Of a stretch of 64,000 bases of DNA, positions 17,132 to 34,075 are shown one piece after another. The translations under genes and the position numbers were made by a program. This stretch comes from the human T2T-CHM13v2.0 reference genome, Homo sapiens. The number at the start of each line of letters is the position of its first letter. Position 1 is the stretch's first letter. The notes below the pieces were generated by a model. The model worked only from the letters and a program-made list of their open reading frames with translations, was not told the origin of the DNA and did no database searches. Where the stretch lies: NCBI RefSeq assembly GCF_009914755.1, contig NC_060937.1, one strand, 5' to 3'.

Positions 17132-17677
17132 CTCTAGCACCTGACTTCAAATCATTTCTAAAATACATCTTGAACTCTCTGGCTCTGATTCTCACTCTTT
17201 TTTGCCTGTGCCATCGTGTTTCTGTCCCGTAACTCTGTGGATGCCATTCCACTTCCCAGGAGTGCCTTTTCCTTGTCTGTCTCCTGTCTCTTTCCAAGTA
17301 TTTTCCAACATTTGAGACCAACTTGAGTTCAATTCTCACCTTCTCCATGATGGAAGGCTTCCCTCTCTTTTAACCACTTCATCTCACCTGGAAATCTCGT
17401 TCCCTTATGTCCTTCTGACACTAAATATGCAGCCACATATAAATATACTGGCTGAGTGGTCCAGTCGTTAAGCAGCCAGTATTGACCTCCACTCCGTGTG
17501 AGGCATTGTGCCTAGGTAGGCGCTGAGCTGCAAAGGACATTCGAGATTGGGTTCCTGCTTTAAGGGCATCACAGTGCCTTCTCCACACACGTGGGCTCAA
17601 CCACCATGATGTGGCTTTGACAGCCACGAGCACAGAGGGGATAACACATGTGCTCTGCACCAGATGCCAGGATGTGA

Positions 17678-17990
<313 letters not shown>

Positions 17991-17999
17991 TGAACTGAA

Positions 18000-18267
18000 T
18001 TTTAAAGCAGTGGTAGAAGTTTCCAGGTGAAGAAAGAGGGCAAAGCACTCAGCCACAGCAAGCCACGCATGTGGAGACCTGGAGCCAGACAGAGGCAGCG
18101 AGAGGGGAGGGAGAAGCTGAGGGTGTCATTAGACAAGAGTAGACTATCTGGGGAGGAAAGATGATTGTTTTTAGGAAAATAACTGTTGATAGTATAGTAT
18201 AGTGTGTAGAATGGCTTCTTGGGAAAGGGGAAATAGTTGGGGGGGTGGGTGGCTGGAAAGAAATGAA
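18000..18267 (+). repeat. Copy B (uninterrupted) of the local duplication
   Basis: Colinear with 14948-15142 joined to 15677-15764. Confidence 0.9.
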
Positions 18268-18864
18268 TTATTAGGTGGTTATTGTAATAGAAATAGACAC
18301 TAGAAACCAAGAAAAATGACCCTACTCTCTGTTGCCTCTGTATGAGTGTATGTCTGCGAGTGTATGTCTATTTCCTCAACCAGATTATTAGCCCGAGCTC
18401 TGCAGTGCGCGTTTTACCTGTTTATCTTTAGAATACCCACAGTACTTAGCATGTAACTATGTCCATAAAGGTAATTAATGGATGCTAATGATATGGTTTA
18501 GGCACTGTTTATCATCTTCCCACCAGACTTCAATGTGTAAAAAGTAGTGCCTAGCCTAGCTCATTGTAGACACTGAATAATTAAGAACAGACTGTAAAAC
18601 GAGAAAGGAATAAAATATGCAACAATATGCAAAATTATTCAAAAGAATAAAGTATGCAAAAAGTATTTGCATGCCTTGAGTGCTTAAAGGTGACTTTGTG
18701 AGTGAACCGATGCCTCCCTATATGTGATTCCTGTGCAGGGGATGGAGCCCCCTGCCCACCTGGGTGGGGTTCAAGGTGGCACACAGCTTGGGTGGTAGTC
18801 TCCTATTCTGATGTGTTTTTCTTTCTCACTGCTTCCTGCAGATATTCTCTAAGCCGCTTTCATC

Positions 18865-19035
18865 ATGGGAGAAATAGAGCAGAGGCCGACCCCAGGATCA
18901 CGACTGGGGGCCCCGGAAAATTCGGGGATCAGTACCTTGGAACGTGGACAGAAGCCGCCCCCAACACCTTCAGGAAAACTCGTGTCCATCAAAATCCAGA
19001 TGCTGGATGACACCCAGGAGGCATTTGAAGTTCCA
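18865..19035 (+). CDS. FARP1: FARP1 first coding exon (FERM, ARH/RhoGEF and pleckstrin domain protein 1), codons 1-57; whole exon 18842-19035 including 23 nt of 5'UTR
   Basis: Translation MGEIEQRPTPGSRLGAPENSGISTLERGQKPPPTPSGKLVSIKIQMLDDTQEAFEVP matches the recalled FARP1 N-terminus leading into the FERM domain. Acceptor is a polypyrimidine tract + AG at 18840-18841; Kozak context catcATGG; donor CCA|GTAAGT at 19036 (phase 0). Confidence 0.97.
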
Positions 19036-21029
19036 GTAAGTTGGGGGCTTATCTGTAACCCAGGAGTGTGGTAGGGGACAGCCTTTGGTGTGAGGAGGTT
19101 CGGCTCATTCCCATGGCCAGTGACATGAGGCGGCTGGAGGTCCTGCATGTTCAGCACCTCCCTCCCCGCCCCCCAATGGCCCCGCTGACCCGTTCTGGTT
19201 TCGAGCTCTCCAGTGTCTAGATTTATGCTTGAACCACCCACATAGTGATGTCAGTGGCCTCGGCACTTGAATTTTACTATGAACTTTCATTCAAATATAT
19301 ATATGTAATCTAAGTGCATATGTATATGTTATGTATATATATGTAACTGGAGGGAAGAGTGGTCTTGTGGCTGGATCCCAGTTTAATTTACTGGTCATAG
19401 ACAATTCCTCTCTCACATTGGTGCTTGTGCGTGTGTGTTTGTGGCAGGGGGGCTGTCGAACTCAAGTCCCGGTTACTGGCAAGAACAGTCCCGAGAGCAT
19501 CATTAAAGAGCCACGTGTGTTTTCATGTGAGGGAATCAGGAGAGCCTGTGCATGCAACCCCACAGGGCAGGTGTGGGAGTATCGAAAAGCCTCCTTCCGA
19601 GCCTGCCATATGGCAGCCCTAGAGATGGGGAGGCCCTGCCACCGCAGGGCCCTGGACAGAGCAGCCTGGGGGCCGGAGGTGTCACAGGAGGAGCCGGCAG
19701 CCTGGGCCCCTCAGCAGCTGGAGCCGTTGGAGCCGCTGGAACCTCTGGTGCTCCTCACTTCTGCTGTTCTTCTCCGAGCCCCTGCCTGGCCTCTCCCAGC
19801 CTCCTCCTCAGATCGCTCCTGCGGGAGGATGAGAAGCTGCCGCCTGCTTCGTGCAGCTGGTGCACATCTTATTCCCGGCAGGAGAGGAAGTGGGAGTGTC
19901 TGGCTGGCTAAGCAGCAGGCCCACTCCCTCTCATCGGCTCAGTCCAGAGAACTCTTAACACTCCTCGGATCTAGTATTTTGGGTTTTCTGTCTGGAGTAT
20001 CAAATACCATGTCTAATATTGTTTGTGGAGGAGGAAGATAACTCTTGAATTCCAAGCAGCCAACTTACAAACAAACTCTGGGAGCACACCTGTTTTTAAC
20101 ATGGAGATGATCTGTGTGTCATTCCTGTTGGCTAGAGGGGCTGGAATTTAGTAGTCGGCATTAACGTTGGTAACCCATCATTTAATCACTTATGGGATAT
20201 GAGTCAGCAAATTATATTTATTTCAAAGAACATTGCTCAGAGCACATGAACTAACATTAAATGTCTCAGGAAAAGATAAACTCAGAATAGCTATGCTTAA
20301 AGCCACCAATTTATTGCGCACTGCAAACAACCTTTGTGTTTTCTGATTTTCTTGTGGAATTTGTATCTTTCAAGGACTTGGGACAGCTTTGTATTTTGGT
20401 GAACAAAGCTATTGCTCATCTGCTAAAATCATAGACTGTTGAGGAGAGCCCCTGCCATCCGGTTAGAATTGGGCCTCCTGGCACACGTGGTCCGTATGTG
20501 CGCCACCTCACCCACTTTTTTGTCTTTGTTGCCAGACTGGTTCAGTGAGGTGTTTCGTTTCAGTGTTTCCTGTTGAGCACTGTGAAGGACTTCTGAGCCC
20601 AGGTTTCTAGCACACACATTCTATTACACGGTGTTTCTGAGTGGGTTGGACTGTGGAACTGGCAAATGCTGCTCTTGTGTGCACTCACTCCAGGGATCGT
20701 TGGACTGTGCTCACCTGCAGTTCTTCTTGAAACCAAAGAAAGTCAAGACCCCATTCCTAGCTACTATTTAGCAGCTATCCAGGAACTCCCTGCCCAAGAA
20801 GTAGTAATAGAAGTGTGTTTTTATCTTTTAAAATGATTTTTCTTCATAATTTCTGATGGCTTATGCTTTGCATTTATAAGCCCTTTGTCTGGAAGGAACC
20901 TTTCTCATGCTCTCTAATAAACTCCTGTGCATTCTTAAAAGCCCTATCAGTTTTACCTGGATGCCTACTCTCTCAAGCAGGGCTTTTTCTTCCTTCCTGC
21001 AGACCACTTTACTCATATACCTGTCAGAT

Positions 21030-21230
21030 GCACAAGGGAGCCTGGGTTCAAATCCCAGCATCTCCTACTGAGAGTTGTGCAGCGTGAACAAGTTATTTAA
21101 CCTGTCTGTATCGATAAAATGAGGCTAATAATAAACTCGACTTTATACTATATGAGAATAAAAAAAGAGGTGACACAAAGTGTTTGGAGCAATTCTTGAC
21201 ATGTAGTAAGAGCTTAACTAAATAGTAGTA
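21030..21230 (+). mobile_element. MIR SINE
   Basis: cctgggttcaaatcccagc...aacaagttatttaacctgtctg...aaaatgagg. Confidence 0.7.
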
Positions 21231-21368
21231 ATGACATGCACGTCCAACTGCCTGCCTGTTCTGTCTATATCCCCAGCATCTAGCATGGCACCTGGCATAT
21301 AGTAGCTGCTAATTAAATGTTTGCTGACTGTTAGAGTGAGTGTGAGTTTATTTTACAAGTAGAATTAA

Positions 21369-21710
<342 letters not shown>

Positions 21711-24700
21711 ATATTTTAATTTTTCTAGTTTGGTCAGAATCTTTCTCTTAACCTCTGGGAAACAGATGTATTCCTTAACTGGCTGTAGAAAGTCACATAT
21801 CAGCATTTTTATTGGTGGAGCTGATTCTGAGTCAGTACCTCATGCTGTTTAAGAGCAGCCACGGCCAGGCCAGCAGCAGCTGAAAGGCATGGGGGCTGGC
21901 TGTGATGGCCCAGTCATCAGGGATTGGGAGGAAGGTGACTACAGGGTTGTGAGAGACTCAGCTCCCCAGTCTTGCTTTAAAACCTTGCTGTGAAACTTTT
22001 TGCTGGGAATTCAAGGCCAAGTGTCTGACCCTGGAAACGTCCTTTGATGGAGTGCCCCAAGTGAATGACTTCTCATGGCTCAGTCACATTTGCCACGCAG
22101 CTGAGCTGGGCACGTGGCCAGAAGTCCCTGCAGTTTCCTTTGGGGATGACTGGTGTCTTTCCCTGGGGGTTGAATTTCCTGGGCCTTTGCTTATTAATTT
22201 TATTTTAAAATACGGAATTATAGGCAAAGCAGTCATTTAAAATGCAAATCCCCTAAACACTTCCTGGAACAAAGAACCACACCATCTTCTCCATGGTGTC
22301 TCCGTCCTTCTTTGTACCCTAAAAAAATTATTATTAAAGAGATCTACCTTTTGGGAGGCTTTGGCAGTTAGCTCCACGATCTTTTCCATTCTGTAGCTGT
22401 TTCCACAAGCACCTCTGTGGTTGAACTTGGACAGTCTTTTTAGGTATTTCCTCTGCAGAGTGGAAAGTTCAAGCGCAGTATTTATAGTAAATTCTTGCAT
22501 GGTGTTTTTTCATCTTTATGTGGAAAACACCGTGCAAATAAGCTTCAGCCTGTGGTTTATGATATATGCAGCTTTCTCTTCCAACCAGAGGTTATGAAAC
22601 AGAGTGACTCTTGGGCATCTGAAAGGGTTAATAAGGTGCCCCTATGCCCGCCCAGGCCATTTCCCTGATGGTTCCTGGGAAGGTTTTCTGTGTCCCCTCC
22701 TCGTGACCCTGCGGGTAAACAAACACAGTTCCCACTGACATTAGTAGGATGAAGCAGATGGTTTCCTCTCCAAGTGTTTATTCAGTTTATGTATTTTCAT
22801 TAGCAGTGTTTCTATAGGAAGAGCAGAGGAAATAAGACACAGCCATTTTTATTTTTTATTTTTATTTTTATTTTTTGCTTCTTTTGAGCAGCCCTGGTAA
22901 AAAAAAATGCTTGGGGAAGATGCTCACAGGTGACAAAAAAGACACCTAGTGCCTGTCGAAGGGTTAGAAGGAGTGGTGGCCAGTTGCAGGCGGGTGGACG
23001 ATGGCAGAAGCCCAGAAGCCCCCCAGGAGAGCAGGGGCAGGAGTTAGTTGCTGCAGAGGGAACTCGGCGTCTACGACCGTCGTCGCAGGAAATGATCCTT
23101 GTAACTTTCTCGTGTTGCTGTCTTGTCACTGCTGTACTCGAGCTTTTGTAGCTCCTGAGACTTAAGTAGCATTCATCCTTTGCCTGAGGATCAAGTGTGG
23201 GCTTCGTAGCTCGGGGAGCCTGGGAGAGAGCAATGAGCCTCCATGGAGGGGCCCTGTACACCGGGAGGTGCCTGGGCAACTCCCATGGCTCATCTCAACC
23301 ACAGTCCTCGGCGGTTTGTTTTCTGCATTAGCTTCTCATGCCAGAACACCCTCTTATTTGTTTACCTGCTTAGTGTTGGCCTCTTGCAGGTAGAGTGGCC
23401 ACTCCTTGGAGGGCAAGGCCTCTTGTTCTTGTTCGTCATCATATCCTACGCCGCAGCGGTGCCTGTGCATGAAACTGACTGGTGACAGTTCTGCTCGGTC
23501 GTTTAACTATACGAGAGTTGGTGCTGTCCTAGCATAACAAGGGAAAGAGCAAGTGGGAAGAGCTTCTGAGTCCCTTCCTCGTGTTTTCACAGCGTGAAGG
23601 TGGGGCTGGGATTGGAGTCCGGCCCGCCAGACCCTCAACTTACCCATCTTCTGGGCACTAAGAGCCGCCTCCTTTGTGAGATTCGCGGACTTCCTCTGCC
23701 TCCTACTCCCACAGAGGTGGTCCCTGTTCAGCTTGGCCCGGCCCTCCCCCACCCCACATCCTCACCCCACATCCTCACCCCATGCTGCCCTGTTCTTACC
23801 TCTTTCTAAACACCCACGCCATCCTCACCCCGAACACATTGATCAAAATCCCACCAACTGCCAGGCCTCTCCCAGGCTTGTGCTCCAGGCCAGCCTTCTC
23901 TCCTGACAGTGCTGATAGCTCACCTCCAATCAGACCTTGAATCATGGTCTCTAATCTTGCCCCTCGCACTCATTATTCCTGGTGCAGTGACTCAGTTTTT
24001 TAATCTGCAAAATTAGGCACTGGGGCCTGATGATGTTAAAGGCTACCCCCAACCCCTTTCCTTCTTTGGAAGTGAGGACCCTGTGTTGACATGCTCCTTG
24101 ACAAATTAACTTTTTGTGACTGTATTTGTGAATTCTCCAGACAGATGGTAAAATCTTTGAGGAAAGAGGTTTTTAATCTTAGAGCAAACCTTGAGGCCCC
24201 CAAAGCCTGATTAGACACAGTGGGTACCGTGTGTCTACTGTTAAAGAAAGCTATGTGATGAGAGTGAAGAAGCATGCCACGATTTATATGTCCCATGCCA
24301 GTTGCGGGCCGCAGGAAATGTTGTGATTGGCCTTATGTGCGTGTGGGGTGGCTGTTTTCATAAAACTCACTGCACTCCATGCTGCACTCCAGGCTGAACT
24401 CTATGCTGTTTGACCATGGGAAATGGAAGACGGAAAGAAATATTTTCTTGATAATACATTATTAGTAGAAAATTCAAGTTTAAGTTGAAATCAGAGAAGA
24501 CCTAAAGTTTTTGAGAAAAGTAATGAGTTTGTATGTCATAAAAGACCACGTAGGTTCTTTTCTGGTGTCAGAATCGCCTGTGCTATCTTGGAGACCTAAT
24601 TAGGAGTGTTACAAATTCAGTCCCATACATGATTAAACATTGATTTCATTTCATTATTATACCTTTTGAAATGTAACAGTTCTTTCATTCCTTTAATTTT

Positions 24701-24982
24701 CACTGAAACCTAGGTTTGAGATCAATAGGGAGCTTATTCTCTGAGAGCTCTGGTTCAGAGTAAGGTGTCCACTGGTGACAGATTCTAGAGCTGGCTCCAT
24801 AAGCTCCATCTCAGAAAAAGGGACGGAGCCGAAGTTTGTCTTTTCAGAAAGCTCAGGGTTTCCTCTTTGTGGCCCTGCAGTTGACATCAGGAGCTGGGCT
24901 TGTGCTCATTGGTAGCAACTGTGCCTTTATGGAAGTGTGTTCATTTTCTCTGTCTTTGTCTATATTTATTTATTAAAAAGTC

Positions 24983-25590
24983 TTTTTTTTTTTTGAGACA
25001 AGATCTTGCTCTGTCACCCAGGTTGGAGTGCAGTGGCATGATCATAGCTCACTGCAGCCTCAAACTCCTGCCTTAGCCTCCCTAGTAGCTGGGACTACAG
25101 GTGCATGCCACCACACCGGGCTAATTTATTTTTATTTTTATTTGTAGAGATGAGGTCTTGCTATGTTGTCCAGTCTGGAACTCCTGGTCAAGCAGTCCTC
25201 CCGTTTGGCCTCCCAAAGTATTGGGATGACGGGCATGAGCCACTGCACCCAGCCACATATTTTTTATTTCTAATGAATTTTGTTTCCCAATTTATTTTCA
25301 TTTTTTGAGACAGAGTCTTCTCTGTCACCCAGGCTGGAGTGCAGTGGAGCAATCCTGGCTCACTGCCGCCTTGACCTTCTGGGCTCAGCGGGCCTCCCAC
25401 CACAGTCCCCCCTAGTTGCTGAGACTACAGGCACGCATCACCACACCTAGCTATTTTTTTTTTACTTTTTGTAGAGACAGGGGTCTCGCTATGTTGCCCA
25501 GGCTGGTCTCAAACTCCTGGACTGAAGTGATCCTCCTGCATTGGCCTCCTAAAGCGCTGTGATTGCAGGCATGAGCTACTGTGCCCAGCC
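24983..25590 (-). mobile_element. Two tandem AluJ-like SINEs (24983-25254, 25300-25590)
   Basis: Diverged antisense Alus with gctcactgcagcctc and gctatgttg. Confidence 0.85.
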
Positions 25591-28192
25591 TGTTTTCCTT
25601 CTTAATTTCTCTTTCAGCCATCTTAGGGAATGTGCCCTTTTTGGTAAGCTGAAGAAAGTATTTTTTTTTTTCTTTTTCTTTTTCTCCCCGCAAAGAGGTG
25701 AAATACACATTTAACTAAAGGTCTTGAGGGGGCGGGGTCTATCTCTTCTGTAAGTGTAGCGGTTCCGACTCTCCTGGAATGGAGTCCCTCCCTGACAGTG
25801 GGGTTGTCCCTCCAGTGGTCTGATTGTACTGATAATGGAAGGAAGGTGTTTAGATCCCAGGACTACTTAATTTTCTTCTTTTGCCCCAAATGCTTCACAC
25901 ATAAGAGGTGGAGGTGGTGGAGGAGGAGGAGGATAGACCCAAATAAAATTTAATTGGCCCTTTCAGACCTGCAGGGAGGTGTGTGTGCCCAGAACTGCTT
26001 TTGCCGCCGCTTAAGCAGCTGGGCTTTGAACTAGAGCAAGCAGAGGGAACTTAGCATGTTCACCCAGCTTTAAAAAATAAGTCAGCGTTTCTTTTTTCTT
26101 ATCACTGTTTCTTTTGGCTCCTTTTATTTGCAAAGTTTCTGAAACAGAATTTAAGGCTACTTTGCTTGGCATGGTCATTTCTGTGTTTTATTTAACTTTG
26201 ATAAATGGTGCTTGTCTGAGTGTAGCCCCATGAGATTAAATTTAAAGGCTATTTTGGCTATTTTAATAGAGGAAAAAAATTTTTTTCATAAATCATTTTA
26301 GCTAAATACTGTTAGCTTTCCTTTCTGGCGTCTCAGGAGCAAAGAGTAGAATTTAAGAGCTGGCTTGAAATGTTTGTGTGCACCCCTTTCAGCTGTAGTT
26401 AAGACCCTTGTGATCAAAGTCAGTTCTCTAGCTCTGATATGCTTGCAGTAATTCTTTAACAGCTGTTTGCTATTTTCTCCCTGAAAAAAAAAACCAGTAT
26501 AACCTAATTAAAAGAATAAACTAATTGAGAATGTCTGAATCTGACTTTAAAATGGGCCATGATCTGAGAAAATGGAGGAAGTTTGAAAAGCTGCTTTTTT
26601 TCTCTTTTAAGTGGAAACAATATTCTCAATGATAAGAAACGGAGGGGTTAAAGGGGAAGTGCAGGCCCTGGGTCTGGGCCGCCTCGCTTCCTACCTATGT
26701 GGCGCTGCATGAGTGGCTGCCCATTCTCATCTCTACACATGGAGAATACCTACCACTTGAGGCCCAGGTGAGGCTCTAATGAGATCTTCTGCAAAAACAC
26801 CTTGCAGAGAACACAGATTTGGTTCTCATGAAAGTAGGTTGTCTTCCTTCCTTTCACCCTGAACTTTAGTTTCCTTCTTGTTCTTTCACGGAATTGAGGC
26901 TCTGCTTTCAATGTAGAGCTGTTGGCTGGATCAATGGGAGAAAAGAAAGCGAATGAAAGCACTTAAGAATAAAAAATCATGTGCTTCTGTCAGATGGAGT
27001 CATTCCTCTTAGACCACAGCTGCCTGTGTAGTCTCACATCAAACTGGGGCTTTCTTTGGAGGGGAATCATTACCTAAGCCAAAGCTGTGTCCCAAGGGGC
27101 CTTTTGGAAGGTCTATAAGAACCAAGCACCACTTGGACAATTGCCGTGAAACCTCCATTTCTGCCAAGCTCGTTTACTGCGTTTTTGTGGACTTACGTGC
27201 AGCTTCTGTGAGCTTCAGTTTAATCAACTTGAAAATTGAGGGGGTTGCACTTTGCGCTCAGAAATTTTACGTGCATTTTTGCTTTCCTGATTTCTTGATC
27301 TCCTCTATTTTCTTAGCTTCAAAACTTTTCCATTTTCCTAGAGTCAGGATGTTCCTGGGTGAATCATGTGTCCCTCTACCATGGACTGGATGAATGGTTT
27401 TAAGGTAGACATAGGATTTCAAGATCCTCTAGGGTAGGTCTTCTCAATATGGGCTCTGTGGGTTCATTTGAAGGAAGTGCTCAGTCAGCTGGATGCTCTT
27501 GTGTTAGAATGTAAATATAAAAACATTGCACATATTAAATGGACTGATTTTAAAAAACTATCTGCCATGTTTGAATGTTCAATTATTTGCTGTCTTCTAT
27601 CACTTTGAGCATTTGAGCTGGAGGTAATGATTTTAACTCATAAGACAGACACAGAATGACTTAGTTTGGGATTTCTCTTCTGTAGATAGAATGATCATGT
27701 AAAAGAGCAGTTCTCAAAGCTGTTAGCACTTTGTAACTTTGAAGGAGAGCCTCATAGGTCTCTGTTTCCTCATTTATACAAACAGGAAGTTGGACCAGAT
27801 ACCCACAGTGGAATTCTGTGGCTCTGGTTTTATTTTATGGAATGTGGTCTTGGAAACATGATACGGGTTTCACAAATGTGTATCAACATGGAAGGCAAGG
27901 TGCTACTGGTGATAAGAAAATGAATAAAAACAATAACTACCCTCTGAAAAATCCCTTGCTGTGTGCCAGACATTGTGCCAAGTCTGCCCGTACATTATCT
28001 CATTTGTTGCTAAGTGAACCTATGAGGCAGGTGAGAATAACACCGATTAGTCTCACAGGGCATAAGTGACTTGGCGCGGGTCAGAGTGCTGGAGAGAAGG
28101 AGCTGGAGTCCCAGCCCAGGACCACATACACCTAAGCCTGTGTGTCACTCACTTTGTTAATGGTCTGGGGCCATAAAGAGCCGTTAGGATAA

Positions 28193-28559
<367 letters not shown>

Positions 28560-28905
28560 GGAAGGTGCTCTTAAGTGGGCAGGATGGGTTGAAGAGGGCG
28601 GAGTCTGCAGAAGGAAAGCCCAGTGACCAGGGTTTTGGCAATATCATCTCCACATGGTAGTTACTGATAAGGGCCAGGGCCCTGCAGAAGGAATGTCAGG
28701 GGACTGACAGATACAGGAGAAACCCAGGACGTAGACCTGACAGGGCGTGGCAGCTGATGGGACAGAAGCAGGGAGCCCCCCAGGAGTGGGAGAGCACCTG
28801 CAGTCATCAGTTTTACAGCCTGGATGGCTCAGTGCTGTCACCAAGGGCTGAGAAGTCAACTCTGTGACAAATGTTTTACTTGAAATAATGTCTTCCTTCA
28901 GTTGA

Positions 28906-29250
<345 letters not shown>

Positions 29251-29764
29251 TAGAAGACATTGCTTTGTTTTTTATCACAAAGAATCTGTGGCTCTGGAAA
29301 TTAACTTCCAGGATTCTTAGTGATTATGTAAATGGTACAAACTGGAAGTAACAAATGGAAGTTGATTGCTTGGTTTCAATTTATGTTAGGAAAGTTATTT
29401 TTACTTCTTGCATTCCAATTTCCTCATCTCCCCAGAAGCTACTCTGTTAAGCTTGCCACACCTGGGTGCCCACCAAGCTGGAAAAGCATTTAGATCCAGT
29501 GTTTTCAAAGGACTCTGTTCAAAAGCATTAGAAAGGAGCAGGTCAGTTGCTTTCTTCAGCTCATTGTTTAGTTTTGATGTAATTTGCCTGTGACATGAAC
29601 TATAAAATGCAATTGGCTATTATCCCATCTTCCAGTGGCCATTTGTCAGTGAGTATTTCTGCCAGCAAACAGAACTCAGGTGCTCCATTTCCTTTGATCT
29701 AGGCATAAGACTGAGTGTGTAAAGCATTGCAGAGCAAGACCAGAGGGCATTTGTGGAGTTGTTA

Positions 29765-30260
<496 letters not shown>

Positions 30261-31691
30261 TGACTACCCATCCCTTGCCAGGGACTCCCATTTGCTGACC
30301 CCAACCAGAAGCCCCAGAGTAAGAGAGCTGAGGTGAGCAGTTTGTGGAGCTGGGCCTGCAGGCAGGCAGTGAGAGAAGAGCCAGGGCACCCTCTGTGGTT
30401 GGAGGCGACCATGACTTCTGCCTCACAGAGAACATGAAGGCTGTGAGGCGTGGGCTGCTTCCACCCCTGCCTCGCTAACCTCAGGCTCTCTTCCTCTGCC
30501 TTGGCTTCCATTCCTGCATTCTCTGGCCACGGGATCCTTTTTACCTCCCGACTGATCCTTCATCCCTTCACCTACAGGACATGGCTTCACATGGCAGGCA
30601 TCAATAAGAATACCTTTCATTCACACTTCAGTCCTGGGATTCACAGACATGCTCTGAATTTCTAGACGGTCTTAGCAGTAGAATTCAAATGATGAAGAAA
30701 GAGACTGCTTTGTGTAGTAGTCACAGCATAAGTTGAATATAAGAGCTGAAAAAACCTCAGATGTTACTATTAACCATCTTATCTCTTAGCCTGATCATTT
30801 TTGTAAGGACGAAGATGACATATTTTATTAGAGCTGTTAAACGGGACGTCTGGTTTCGTGATCCAGTGCCGAGAACAACTCTTTTCCTTTTATTGACTTG
30901 ATTTCAGTTGCATTTCACAGCTCATTGCACCCAAGTAGATTTCTCCACGATGATCAGACCTCCTGTGTGTCGCCCACAGGACTGAGCTGCTTGGACTCGC
31001 ACCATTCCTCTGATCATGCCCTGGGGTTTATTACGATCTCACCCATTATTCCCATCACACGAGGAGAACTCTCGCTCCAAGTACAACAGTACGAGTGTTT
31101 GCTAACTGTGGACTCTGCACTCCCTCATGAAACCAAGAGTGTTTCTTCTTCGTTTCCCTTCCTTTCCATTTTAAGGACCATTTCTCTAAGGCAGACTTTC
31201 CCGTCAGGACCCTCCCCTGCCTTGTGTCTCTTTTGAAGCTCCTGAAAGGCCCGTGGCCATCTTAGAAAAATAAAGTTCTGATTTTCTCCAGAAAACTGGT
31301 TCAGCAGAAACCAAGACACTGCCAACAGCCCTCCGGCGTCCTGCCAACCGGGCTGTTAGAGTCTTTATGTGGGTAGGTACAAGTTGCCTTGCTTAGCTTC
31401 CAAACTTATTTTTGCCCTCTTGTCTGGCTCCTAAAATGCTGGATCCAGGGGCCTGGAGAGTTGGTTTTGTCTCTGGTTATTGTTTAGTGGCACACAAGGT
31501 ACTGACTGAAAACAAGGGCGTTTTTGTACATCCCTTTTACCCACATGCACTCTTGGGGAGGTCAGTGATGGTTGGAAGTCCCTGCTGGCACCGTCTCTGC
31601 CATAGCATTGGGGGAGCACTTTAGTTGTCCCCCAGTTTTCCAGGCTAATCCATTCCTTAATGACTTAAGTTGACATTTGTTGAATTATGGA

Positions 31692-32159
31692 GTACGAGTT
31701 CGCTAGCACTGCTATAACAAAGTACCACAAACTGGGTGGCTTGAAGAATCTCAGTGTATGGTCTCAGCTCTGGAGACCAGCTGTCTGAGATCAAGGTGTC
31801 TTCAGGGTTGGTTCCTTCCAAGGGTTGTGAGGAAAAGCTGGTCCTGTGCTTCTCTCCTGGCTCCTGGAGGTTTGCTGGTAATCTGTGGCATTCCTTGGTT
31901 TATAGATACATTGCCTCTGTCTCTGCGGTCATCTTCACGTGATTTTCTTGCTGCGCAAGTGTTTCTGTATTTTCCCCTTTCGTAAGGACATGGTCATATT
32001 AGATTAGGGCCCGCCCTACTGACTTCATTGCAACTTGATCATTTTCAAAGACCTGATTTCCAAATAAGTTCATACTCACAGGTACCAGGGATTAGGACTT
32101 CATCTTTTTTTTTTTTTTTGTGGAGGAGGGGAGATGTAGTTTAACACAACTGTATAACA
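31692..32159 (-). mobile_element. MLT1B/C-like MaLR LTR
   Basis: gctataacaaagtaccacaaactgggtggctt...gagatcaaggtgtc...taaggaca...gattagggccc...ttccaaataag...ataaca. Confidence 0.8.
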
Positions 32160-32420
32160 ACTCCCATTGTTTTATTTTAACAAACCGTTTGAAAAATGGC
32201 TGTGCTGTTGACTGCTGCTGTGACTTCTAGCTGTGTAACTCATTTCCCCAGTTTTCTGCTCTTGTTCTTTTGGAGCATAATGTAGTCTGGGACATTTTCC
32301 CAGTAAGTGGAGGAGACCAGAACTCTTAAATCACATGTATGTGTACTTGGAATTAGAACTGAAGTACGGGTGGCCATATGAGATGAGAAATCCCAGCTGT
32401 ATTAATCAAGTGAACTGTAA

Positions 32421-32872
<452 letters not shown>

Positions 32873-32999
32873 TCCTGTTGCATTTCTAACGTTCATGTTC
32901 ATTCCGGCAAATGTCTGTTCTTTAGATGGATTAGTCCACGTTGAAAAAATGTCTTCACCATTATCCTAGCATTCACTCAGGCTTCCAGAAGCTATGTTG

Positions 33000-34075
<1,076 letters not shown>

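Noticed and set aside
19036-19074. Tail VSWGLICNPGVW of the 69-aa ORF 18865-19074
   Set aside because: Read-through past a consensus GTAAGT donor into the intron.
19331-20041. Longest ORF (236 aa) as a gene
   Set aside because: No recognisable domain; GC-rich sequence lowers stop frequency; start lies in a TA-rich repeat.
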